IMG/VR virus record: IMGVR_UViG_3300043331_001462
Coordinates: 1 to 40,026 of that record
Source: a virus
DNA length: 40,026 bases
Direction: 5' to 3' (one strand)
Position 1 is the first letter of the stretch; every line of letters starts with the position of its first letter. The notes under the pieces were generated by a model that worked only from the letters and a program-made list of their open reading frames with translations, had not been told where the DNA came from and ran no database searches. This document shows, piece after piece, positions 32,939 to 40,026 of this stretch. Position numbers and translations under genes: made by a program.

Positions 32939-33065
32939 AGGTCTATCCGTCGGTGTGGTGGTCATACCGCGATGTTCGGCCGTCTGGACGTAACCGTCAA
33001 GGTGATTCACAAAATCTTGGCATCAGTCTCTTGACGGCTTTAGCTATAGCGTAAACCATGGCGCT

Positions 33066-33290
33066 ATGCCCGACAGCTTGCAGACATACGTTGCGGCCGA
33101 GATTCGCGCCGAGATGGCTCGCCGCCGGATCACAGGGCAACAACTAGCCGGCGCGCTAGGACGCAGCAACGCCTGGATCTCAGTGCGGCTCGCTGGCAAG
33201 CAAGCGATCGACCTCAACGACCTGGAGCGCATCGCCGATGCGCTGGACGTGTCGGCCGACCAACTCCTGCCAGCGAGGTCCGCAGCATGA
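33066..33290 (+). CDS. XRE-family HTH regulator (Cro-like position), paralog of 32579..32938
   Basis: EIRAEMARRRITGQQLAGALGRSNAWISVRLAGKQAIDLNDLERIADAL. It is divergent from the other XRE gene. Confidence 0.8.
   Translation: MPDSLQTYVAAEIRAEMARRRITGQQLAGALGRSNAWISVRLAGKQAIDLNDLERIADALDVSADQLLPARSAA
33204..33236. repeat. 33-bp inverted repeat, arm 2
   Basis: GCGATCGACCTCAACGACCTGGAGCGCATCGCC. Confidence 0.9.
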
Positions 33291-33685
33291 CGCCGATCTG
33301 CGTGCGCTGCGCGTATGACGTGTCGGCCGGCCGGCCGGCTCAGGCGAGCTGTCCCGCGTGCCAGCGAGCGCTGCTGCTCGACGTGGCGTTCTCGCCGCGA
33401 TACCGCGGGGTGCCGCTGGACCGCATGGCCGCAGGTCTGATCGCGCTGATCGCAGCCGGCGTCGCCGTGGCTGCGAACACGTCCCTTGTGGTGCTCGGCG
33501 CGGCCGCCGCTGTGGTGGTCGCTGCCGTGTACGCCCTGATCCCCCGCCGTCGTCTCACTGGCCTGGCTCGACGGCGGGCCTTTCGTCGCGCCCACCGGCC
33601 GGGCGCGTCGGCGGCCGCCGCTGCCCCGTCGAGTGGCTCCCCGATCGCTGTGCAGCGGCGGCCGCAACCTACCACCCGTCAGTAG
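33287..33685 (+). CDS. Zinc-ribbon membrane protein (132 aa)
   Basis: ATGA overlap with the upstream gene. CVRC...CPAC is followed by two hydrophobic helices and a basic tail. Confidence 0.6.
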   Translation: MTPICVRCAYDVSAGRPAQASCPACQRALLLDVAFSPRYRGVPLDRMAAGLIALIAAGVAVAANTSLVVLGAAAAVVVAAVYALIPRRRLTGLARRRAFRRAHRPGASAAAAAPSSGSPIAVQRRPQPTTRQ

Positions 33686-33687
33686 CA

Positions 33688-33720
33688 GGGCCCCGCGGCG
33701 CGTGCACGCCGACGGGGCCC
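33688..33720 (+). terminator. Imperfect hairpin GGGCCCCG...CGGGGCCC
   Basis: 8-bp outer stem plus an inner GGCG/CGCC pairing. No U-tract. Confidence 0.35.
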
Positions 33721-33758
33721 CTACCGGCTCAACCCCAGAGGACCCCTGGAGGTTCCGG

Positions 33759-34190
33759 ATGAACGACACCCTACCGACCCTGGATCAGGTCGAGCGCGAG
33801 CGCTACCAGCACGCCCTCGCCGGCCTGTCCTACGCGGCGCTGCAGGAGCAGCGCATCGCCCTGGCCGTACGGGCGCTGAGCGGCGACTGGATCTGCGCCC
33901 AACTCCTGCCGATCGTGTCGGCCGAGGCCGACGCCAGGCCTGAGGGCAAGGCCGCCGAGCTGCTCCGCCAGGAGTGGCGGGTCGAGTCGTGGCTGCACCC
34001 CGACCGGCGCCGATCCGCCCCCGCCTGGCGGCTGGCCGAGTACGACCCGGCGGCCGACATCGGCACGGCCGAGCCACTCGACGACGAGCCCATCGAGCAG
34101 TGCCACCCATCGATCGCGTTCATCGAGTTCATCGACCACATCCCGCAGGCCGCGGCCGCCCGCCGCAGGCTCGTGCTCAGGGAGGCCTGA
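33759..34190 (+). CDS. Hypothetical protein (143 aa)
   Basis: ATG follows GGAGG. It is the internal start of ORF 33633..34190. Confidence 0.6.
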   Translation: MNDTLPTLDQVERERYQHALAGLSYAALQEQRIALAVRALSGDWICAQLLPIVSAEADARPEGKAAELLRQEWRVESWLHPDRRRSAPAWRLAEYDPAADIGTAEPLDDEPIEQCHPSIAFIEFIDHIPQAAAARRRLVLREA

Positions 34191-34191
34191 C

Positions 34192-34971
34192 ATGACCACC
34201 ACCAGCATGTTCACCACCGGCGACCGGGTCGACGTCACCATCCGCGGCGCCCGGTTCGAACGCCGCGACGAGCACCACGTCGACGTCTACCTCGCCGGCA
34301 TCGACTCGCCGATCTGCGTGCCGACCGTCGACGACGACGGCGAGCCCCTGGACGCCGTGACCGTCGGCCACCACGTCCCGGTCGTGCGGCCCGGCGAGGT
34401 GTGGCAGGCCCGCGACACCGGCGCGCTGTTCCTGTGCACGCAACTCGACGACAACCCGCCGCAGCTGATCGCCGCCGACCAGCACGCCTACGACCCGCAG
34501 GCCGTGGTCGACCACTGGGGGCCGATCGACTGCATCGCCAGCAGCGCCTACGTGGACCCGGCGCCGCCGGAGCAGCGCCCGCACCCCGACGCCGTCCTGG
34601 TCTCGGTCGTGGATGTGCGCCTCTTCGACCGGGTGTTCAACGCCGGCACCTGGCACAACGTGCTCGGCGACGAGAACCCCGACGGCAAGATGGCCGAGCA
34701 CCGCCGCTTCTACACCGACCACGCCTCGGCCGGTCTGCTCTACCAGTACACCGACGACGTGTGGGTGCTGCGCGCGGCCGCCGCCCCGATCTACGCCGCG
34801 GTCGAGCCCTGGGCGCCGCCGGCGCCGGACGCGGCCTGGTCGGGGTTCCTGCGCCCGGACGACGAGCCGCAGCCCGGCGACAAGGTGCTCGACCTGCCCA
34901 CGATCGACCAGGTCGCCCCGGCGGTGCTCCTCGACGAGCCGGCCACCGAAACGCCGGAGCTGGCGCGGTGA
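34192..34971 (+). CDS. Hypothetical protein (259 aa)
   Basis: The ATG lies 1 nt after the upstream stop. GC3-rich. Confidence 0.65.
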   Translation: MTTTSMFTTGDRVDVTIRGARFERRDEHHVDVYLAGIDSPICVPTVDDDGEPLDAVTVGHHVPVVRPGEVWQARDTGALFLCTQLDDNPPQLIAADQHAYDPQAVVDHWGPIDCIASSAYVDPAPPEQRPHPDAVLVSVVDVRLFDRVFNAGTWHNVLGDENPDGKMAEHRRFYTDHASAGLLYQYTDDVWVLRAAAAPIYAAVEPWAPPAPDAAWSGFLRPDDEPQPGDKVLDLPTIDQVAPAVLLDEPATETPELAR

Positions 34972-35372
34972 CCGGCGTGGAGCATCCCACCTGGTGCAAG
35001 CCCCGTCTGTGCACCGCCGCGGTCGATGGTCTGCCGTTCGCCGAAGGCGAGCACCGCTCGGAGACCGTCCGGCTGGCTACCGACCTGATCGTGTGGCCGG
35101 TGCAGAACACCGTCGTGTCGGCGTACCTGACCCAACGCGCGCCCAGCACGGCCTGGCCGACGGTGGCCTACCTGCACATCCAGTCCGACGTGCACGGCGT
35201 CATCGCGCACCTGCCGCTCGAGGTGTTCTTCACCGTCGTCGGCCAGGTAGGTCAACTGGCGCAGCTCGTCGTGCCACCCGCCGCGGGCGCCGCGGAGCAG
35301 CCGCCCGCGCCGACGCGGCGTCTGCAATGGCCCACCGGGTACGGCCCGACCATCCAGCCAGGAGGCCTGTGA
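34968..35372 (+). CDS. Hypothetical protein with EHPTWC motif (134 aa)
   Basis: GTGA overlap with the upstream gene. Confidence 0.6.
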   Translation: MTGVEHPTWCKPRLCTAAVDGLPFAEGEHRSETVRLATDLIVWPVQNTVVSAYLTQRAPSTAWPTVAYLHIQSDVHGVIAHLPLEVFFTVVGQVGQLAQLVVPPAAGAAEQPPAPTRRLQWPTGYGPTIQPGGL

Positions 35373-35872
35373 TGCCGCGCGAGCCTGTCCCGTACGAGCT
35401 CCTGGTCGCCGTCGCGCTGCTGGCTGTATGCGTCGTCGCGGCCCTGTGGGCCGGCGTGTGGAACCTGCGCCGGGCCAGCCAACCCACCATCGCCGACCGT
35501 GACGTGCAGCAGCGCATCGCCGGCCGCGCCGCCGTGGTCCTGCCCGCCGGGCCGCCGCCGCAGCCGCCGGCCAAACCGGTGTTCCCCGCCGGCCCGCCAG
35601 CCGCGCCGTTCCCCGCCGGCGCCGACCAGCACACGCCGGTCTGGCTAGCCGACGACACCGCCGACCGCCGCGAGGTCCTGGCCCACCGCCTGGTCCGGCC
35701 CCTCGACCGCACCGTCGAGGGCTACCTGGTCCGCGACGGCGACCGCGAGTACGGCTGGAAGACGGAAGCAGGGCTGGCCATAGCGACCCGCAACGTGCGC
35801 TTCTGCGCCCGGTGTTGGCCGCCAATCCCGGTGATGCCCGGCCACACCCTGCCTCGCCGGCGGCCGTCATGA
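35372..35872 (+). CDS. Membrane-anchored Pro-rich protein (166 aa)
   Basis: TGATG overlap, following AGGAGG. The N-terminal TM segment is LLVAVALLAVCVVAALWAGVW. Confidence 0.6.
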   Translation: MPREPVPYELLVAVALLAVCVVAALWAGVWNLRRASQPTIADRDVQQRIAGRAAVVLPAGPPPQPPAKPVFPAGPPAAPFPAGADQHTPVWLADDTADRREVLAHRLVRPLDRTVEGYLVRDGDREYGWKTEAGLAIATRNVRFCARCWPPIPVMPGHTLPRRRPS

Positions 35873-37251
35873 TCCTGCACAGCAGGCACCGCTTGAACGG
35901 TCACCGGCCGGCCGCCGGCGTCAGCTGGCTGCGGCTGACCCTGCTGGTGTTCGCGCCGGCCGCCGCGGTGACCGCCCTCTACGTCGGCCGGGTACACCTG
36001 GTGTGGCTGGTCTCGGCCTACGGGGCGCTGTCGCTGACCCGGGTGGCCGCCCAGTCCTGGATGGCCGCCCGCGTGCGCCGCCGCGTCCAGCCGCTGATCG
36101 GCCGGCCAATGGTGTCCATCGTCGTCGCGACCCTCAACCCCGACCCGGACCGGTTCGAGGAGGCGATCGCCTCCCTGGCCGGGCAGGACTGGCCGGCCGA
36201 CCGCCTCGAGGTCATCGTGGTCGACGACGGCTCCGACAGCCCGCACCTGGTCAGCCAGGTATGCAAGCGGCACGGCGCCCGCTACGTCTACCAGGCCAAC
36301 GCCGGCAAACGCCACGCCATGCACCGCGCGTTCGGCATGCTGCACCCGGCCACCAGGTACGTGCTCACCGGCGACGACGACACGGTTTGGCATCGCGACG
36401 CCACCCGCCACCTGGTCGCCGCCCTGCAACGCGACCGGGTCGGCGCCACCACCGGCCACGTCGCGACCCTCAACCCCGACGACACCTGGCTGACCCGGGT
36501 CACCGCCATCCGCTACTGGGTGGCCTTCCAGATCGAACGCGCCGCCCAGTCCTACTACGGCGCCGTCACCTGCGTGTCCGGCCCACTGGGCGGCTACCGC
36601 CGCTACCTGATCGACCAGATCGGCGACGACTTCGTCAACCAGCGGTTCCTGCGCCGCCCGTGCACCTTCGGCGACGACCGGCACCTGACCAACCTCGTGC
36701 TGGCCCGCGGCTACCAGGTCACCTACAGCCGCGCCCAGGCGTGGACCGAGGTGCCCGGCCGCATGCGCAAATACCTCAAGCAGCAGAAACGCTGGGGCAA
36801 GTCGCACTGGCGGGAGATGATCTGGACCGCCAAGGCGCTGCCGCTGCACTCGCCGATGCTGGCCGCCGACTGGGCGCTGACCCTGCTCCTGCCGTTCCTG
36901 CTGGTCGCCTCCATGGCCTGGTACGCCTGGTCGGCCGTCACCGACAGCCCGCTCTACCTGGCCGGCTTCGCCGCCATGGTCGTCGCCATGTCGATCGTGC
37001 GTGCCGTCCCCGCCGTGGTGGCCACCCGCGACCCGTCCTTCCTGTGGTGGATGCCGTTTTTCAGCGTGTTCCACCTGTTCGTGCTGCTGCCGCTGAAGTT
37101 CGTCTCGCTCGTCACGGTGGCTGATGGCAGCTGGGGCACCCGCGCCATCGGCGCGCCAGCCCAGCGGGTGTTCGAGCTGCATGAGGCGGCCACCGAGGAG
37201 TTCGCCCGCATCCCCGTCCAGCGCACCCCGGAGGCCACCGATGTCCGCTGA
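35869..37251 (+). CDS. Processive family-2 glycosyltransferase, HasA/NodC-like (hyaluronan/chitin-oligosaccharide synthase-like)
   Basis: Motifs VSIVVATLNP, VIVVDDGSD, LTGDDDTVW, VSGPLGGYRR, FGDDRHLTN and YLKQQKRWGKSHWRE, plus N- and C-terminal TM helices. ATGA-coupled start, with the ORF open from 35812. Confidence 0.88.
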   Translation: MILHSRHRLNGHRPAAGVSWLRLTLLVFAPAAAVTALYVGRVHLVWLVSAYGALSLTRVAAQSWMAARVRRRVQPLIGRPMVSIVVATLNPDPDRFEEAIASLAGQDWPADRLEVIVVDDGSDSPHLVSQVCKRHGARYVYQANAGKRHAMHRAFGMLHPATRYVLTGDDDTVWHRDATRHLVAALQRDRVGATTGHVATLNPDDTWLTRVTAIRYWVAFQIERAAQSYYGAVTCVSGPLGGYRRYLIDQIGDDFVNQRFLRRPCTFGDDRHLTNLVLARGYQVTYSRAQAWTEVPGRMRKYLKQQKRWGKSHWREMIWTAKALPLHSPMLAADWALTLLLPFLLVASMAWYAWSAVTDSPLYLAGFAAMVVAMSIVRAVPAVVATRDPSFLWWMPFFSVFHLFVLLPLKFVSLVTVADGSWGTRAIGAPAQRVFELHEAATEEFARIPVQRTPEATDVR

Positions 37252-37483
37252 GCCGCGCCCAACCAAGGTGCCACCGCACGCCTTCGACGAGGACCCCAAC
37301 GTGCCCCCGGACTGGACCGGCCGGCGCACCTGCCGCTGCCACCTGATCGGCGAAGCCGGCGACCAGCACCACCCAGTCGACGCCGAACCGCTGTCGTCCA
37401 CCCTGCTGCCGCCGACGCCCGAGCCGGCCCGCGAGATCGACACCCGACGGCTGGGCGAACGCCCGGATGAGGAAGCCGCCTGA
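37241..37483 (+). CDS. Hypothetical small protein (80 aa)
   Basis: The ATG overlaps the GT2 gene end. Contains a CRCH motif. Confidence 0.5.
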   Translation: MSAEPRPTKVPPHAFDEDPNVPPDWTGRRTCRCHLIGEAGDQHHPVDAEPLSSTLLPPTPEPAREIDTRRLGERPDEEAA

Positions 37484-38001
37484 TGGACGTCACGACCGTG
37501 CTGCTGGCCGAGTACAGCCAACTCAAGGCCGAGCAAATCCACCGCATCGGCGTCCGCGACAACCTCGTGTACGCCACCCTGGCCGCTGTCGCCGCCGTGG
37601 TGGTCGGCGCCACGCAGTCGCCCGCCGGCGTGCACCTGCTCCTCGCGTTGCCGCCGGCCTGCGCGCTGCTGGGCTGGACCTTCCTGGCCAACGACCAACG
37701 GATCACCGCCATCGGCGTGTACCTGCGCGACGGCCTGACGCCCAGCCTCAGCGTCGCCGCGGGCGCCCAGGCCCTGGGCTGGGAACGGCACCGGCTGGAT
37801 GACAGCCGGCGACGGCGCCGCAAGCGCGTGCAGCTCGCCGCTGACCTCGGCACGTTCTGCCTGCCCGGCCTGGCCGCGCTGCTCGTCTACTGGGCGTACG
37901 CCCCGCGGCACCTGTGGCTGTACGCGGTGTCGCTGGCCGACTTCGCGGTCGTCGCCGGCCTGGTCTACCTGATCGTCAGCTACCGCGAGAGGCGGGACTA
38001 A
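37483..38001 (+). CDS. Integral membrane protein (about 4 TM, 172 aa)
   Basis: ATGA overlap with the upstream gene. Four hydrophobic segments and a central RRRRRKR loop. Confidence 0.65.
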   Translation: MDVTTVLLAEYSQLKAEQIHRIGVRDNLVYATLAAVAAVVVGATQSPAGVHLLLALPPACALLGWTFLANDQRITAIGVYLRDGLTPSLSVAAGAQALGWERHRLDDSRRRRRKRVQLAADLGTFCLPGLAALLVYWAYAPRHLWLYAVSLADFAVVAGLVYLIVSYRERRD

Positions 38002-38003
38002 GG

Positions 38004-38369
38004 ATGCCTGATCACGATGTCCAGAAGATCGCCGTGCTCGTGACACCGACCTCGGGCCGGCCTGCGCAGCCGCGCGAGGTCCGCGCCGAGATGGTCGCCC
38101 CTGGCCTGGCCATCGCCCCCGCCTTCAGATACGGACAGAAGGTGAGCAGCCGCTGGTCGCTCGTGCACACGCCATCCGGCCGGCACCTGAGCGGCAAGGC
38201 CTGCTGTCGCGGTTGCGTTGAGGAGGCCGCCAAGCGGGCCGTCGCAAGCGGCGTGGACTGGTCCCGCAGCGAGGTTGAGGTCAGGGCCGACGAGTCCGCG
38301 AAGGCGCTCCACGAGAAGCTCTTCGCCGCTGGCCTGGCGTTGTCCTGCGACGGCGAGGAGTGCGGCTGA
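38004..38369 (+). CDS. Hypothetical protein (121 aa)
   Basis: The ATG lies 2 nt after the upstream stop. It is the internal start of ORF 37914..38369. Confidence 0.55.
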   Translation: MPDHDVQKIAVLVTPTSGRPAQPREVRAEMVAPGLAIAPAFRYGQKVSSRWSLVHTPSGRHLSGKACCRGCVEEAAKRAVASGVDWSRSEVEVRADESAKALHEKLFAAGLALSCDGEECG

Positions 38370-38602
38370 TGCCGGCGGGGATGGTGCGCCCGCGCGCCTC
38401 GCAGGTGCCTCCGCTCGGCGCCGACGCGATCGCCGAGTACCAGCGCGCCGGCTGGCACATCACCGCCGGCGGCCGGGTCTGCGCCGGGGCCACCACCGGG
38501 CCCTGCGCGGCCTGCTCACGACCCACCAGGCGGTACCGGCTCGGCGGCGGCCCGCTGTGCCGGTCCTGCCGCCCAAAGCCAGAAGGAGATATCCGGCGAT
38601 GA
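38369..38602 (+). CDS. Hypothetical zinc-ribbon protein (77 aa)
   Basis: TGATG overlap with the upstream gene. CAAC...CRSC. Confidence 0.5.
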   Translation: MPAGMVRPRASQVPPLGADAIAEYQRAGWHITAGGRVCAGATTGPCAACSRPTRRYRLGGGPLCRSCRPKPEGDIRR

Positions 38603-38997
38603 CAAATCCAGACGACCTGAGCCCGATGGACCGGCTGCGGCAGGAGTACGCCGAGAACGAACTGGACCACGACCGCAACCCGACCGAGGACGGCTTCGTC
38701 GAGTGGCTCGTTCGACAGGTCCATCAGGCGCGCGGCGCCGCTTCGGCGCACCGGGCGTACATCTCAGCCGGCGGGCACGCTGACCGAATCGCGTCACGGC
38801 TGAGCAGCGCTGCCGAGGCTTTTGGGCGGTTCCTCGGGCCGGTTGAGACCGACGTCGAAAAGGGCCTAAACAGCCTTCATGCGGGTGACCCGCTCCCGGC
38901 CGTCGCGGCGCTGGAAGACATCGCCCGCGCCTTCCGCCTGCTGAACCTGAGTCTCGGCGGCACCGACCCGGAGGGATGCGTGACTTCCGATGACTAG
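38599..38997 (+). CDS. Hypothetical protein (132 aa)
   Basis: ATGA overlap with the upstream gene. Confidence 0.55.
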   Translation: MTNPDDLSPMDRLRQEYAENELDHDRNPTEDGFVEWLVRQVHQARGAASAHRAYISAGGHADRIASRLSSAAEAFGRFLGPVETDVEKGLNSLHAGDPLPAVAALEDIARAFRLLNLSLGGTDPEGCVTSDD

Positions 38998-39463
38998 TGA
39001 CGACACGTGGGACGACCTTGACGGGGTCGCGCAGTGGATCGAGGACGACGCGGTCGGCGAGGACGACCAGGTCCGCGAGTTCGCCGCCTCGGTCGCCGCC
39101 CGCATCCGCGACCGAGCCCGAGAGGACGTCTCGCCCATCGAACGCGGCTACCAGCGCGCGATCGAGCACCTGCGCGATGGCGAGACGTTCATGGTCTGGT
39201 ACCGCAGCCGCCGACGGATGTCCGACCGCACGTACGCCGAGGTGGCAGCCGAGTACCTGACATCCCGTCGCCGCGGCTGGCCCTCGGGCGGCAAGCCGGC
39301 CGGGGGATTCCAGACCTGCGCCGGATGCGGTGACGACATCTGGCCGAACGAGCAGACGTACCCGGCCGACGCCAGCGGTGACACCAGCGAGGCGGCCGGC
39401 GTGCAGTGCCTGGTGTGCGAGGTCAGGACCCGTCGCACCGAAGGGAGCAGTAGGGGTGAGTAG
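38990..39463 (+). CDS. Hypothetical acidic protein with C-terminal CxxC...CxxC (157 aa)
   Basis: The ATG overlaps the upstream stop by 8 nt. Confidence 0.55.
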   Translation: MTSDDTWDDLDGVAQWIEDDAVGEDDQVREFAASVAARIRDRAREDVSPIERGYQRAIEHLRDGETFMVWYRSRRRMSDRTYAEVAAEYLTSRRRGWPSGGKPAGGFQTCAGCGDDIWPNEQTYPADASGDTSEAAGVQCLVCEVRTRRTEGSSRGE

Positions 39464-39926
39464 GTACGCCGAGCGAACTGAGGTCTCCAGCGACCGCTCC
39501 CGCGCCGAGATCGAGCGGACCCTGCGCCGGTACGGGGCGAGCGCGTTCGCGTACGGATGGGACCACCAGCGGGCCACGATCGCGTTCGAGATGGCCAGCC
39601 GGCGCATCATGTTCCGGCTCCCGATGCCGGACCCGACCGCGCCGGAGTTCACCCGCACCCCGACGGGCAAGAGCCGCTCCCCGTCGGCCGCCGAGGTTGC
39701 CTACGAGCAGGCAGTGCGGCAGCGGTGGCGGGCGCTCGCGCTGGTCATCAAGGCCAAGCTCGAAGCAGTCGCCGCCGGCATAACCACCGTGGAGCAGGAA
39801 TTCCTCGCCCACATCCAGCTCCCCAGCGGACAGACGGTCGGCGAATGGGCCGCACCGCAGCTTGCCTTGACGTACGAACGCGGCTCGATGCCCGCTTTGA
39901 TGCCCGGCACCGGCGAGGAGGGATAG
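39456..39926 (+). CDS. Conserved-looking hypothetical protein (156 aa)
   Basis: GTG lies 8 nt after AAGGGAG. The protein begins VSRYAERTEVSSDRSRAEIERTLRRYGA. Confidence 0.6.
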   Translation: MSRYAERTEVSSDRSRAEIERTLRRYGASAFAYGWDHQRATIAFEMASRRIMFRLPMPDPTAPEFTRTPTGKSRSPSAAEVAYEQAVRQRWRALALVIKAKLEAVAAGITTVEQEFLAHIQLPSGQTVGEWAAPQLALTYERGSMPALMPGTGEEG

Positions 39927-39929
39927 CTA

Positions 39930-40026
39930 CCCATGCCTAGAGATCAATCCCGCCGCGCTCGTGACCGCCGCTACGCGGCCGCAGTGGACCGGCAGATCAA
40001 CGCCATCGCGATCAGCGAGGCGACCG
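39930..40026. repeat. Terminal direct repeat, copy 2 (contains the truncated duplicate start of the gene at 4..342, ATG 39933)
   Basis: Identical to 1..97. Confidence 0.95.

Larger units (their letters stand above)
1..39929. mobile_element. Complete circularly closed temperate siphovirus-like element (phage / conjugative-element hybrid), unit length 39,929 bp
   Basis: Exact 97-nt overlap of window ends. The window contains full HK97-type head-tail-lysis modules plus an integrase, repressors and a TraB-like transfer operon, with no host flanks visible. Confidence 0.8.

Noticed and set aside
32939-33010. N-terminal extension of the XRE repressor ORF (GTG 33010 or ATG 32965)
   Set aside because: Alignment with the divergent paralog supports the ATG at 32938, and the extension would cover the putative divergent promoter/operator DNA. 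It cannot be excluded without transcript mapping.
35722-38046. 774-aa minus-strand ORF opposite the glycosyltransferase region
   Set aside because: No motifs are present and the composition is extremely Gly/Arg/Ala/Pro-rich. The plus strand carries a complete GT2 motif set and coupled neighbours.
1-40026. tRNA, rRNA, tmRNA or reverse-transcriptase/DGR/retron elements
   Set aside because: The intergenic regions were scanned by eye for T-loop-like GGTTCGAATCC motifs and cloverleaf potential, and the ORFs for RT (YxDD) motifs. None was recognised. A proper tRNAscan/Infernal run could still find something.

Overview
The first 97 nt (1..97) are identical to the last 97 nt (39930..40026). The window is therefore one closed or terminally redundant molecule of 39,929 bp written out with overlap, not a chromosomal fragment. 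It is very GC-rich by eye (about 70%, not computed). It uses many GTG starts and 4-nt ATGA/GTGA start-stop overlaps, which fits an Actinomycetota host such as Streptomyces or Micromonospora.

Layout:
- A long plus-strand early operon runs 33066 -> 39926 -> (wraps) -> 4580. It encodes an XRE regulator, many small unknown proteins, a HasA/NodC-like processive GT2 glycosyltransferase, a gamma-class N6-adenine DNA methyltransferase, and a wHTH origin-binding candidate with internal iterons.
- A block of two HNH endonuclease genes follows at 4772..7467.
- A classical HK97-type late operon runs 7564..26211: TerS candidate, TerL, portal, prohead protease, major capsid, connector, tail tube, frameshifted chaperones, tape measure, two large tail proteins, an LAS-type peptidase and holin-like proteins.
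- A minus-strand accessory/lysogeny block spans 26212..32938. It holds a small operator-controlled cassette, a TraB/FtsK-like DNA translocase operon with a DUF2637-like membrane protein and a candidate clt repeat array, an excisionase-family HTH gene, a tyrosine integrase whose catalytic-Tyr segment is out of frame, and an XRE repressor.

Most interesting observations:
- The combination of a full virion module with a Streptomyces-type dsDNA conjugation module and its repeat array.
- The hyaluronan/chitin-synthase-like gene embedded in the early operon.
- A triple palindromic operator switch.
- The frameshifted integrase.

No tRNA, rRNA or CRISPR array was recognised. All functional calls come from motif recognition by eye, and no searches were run.
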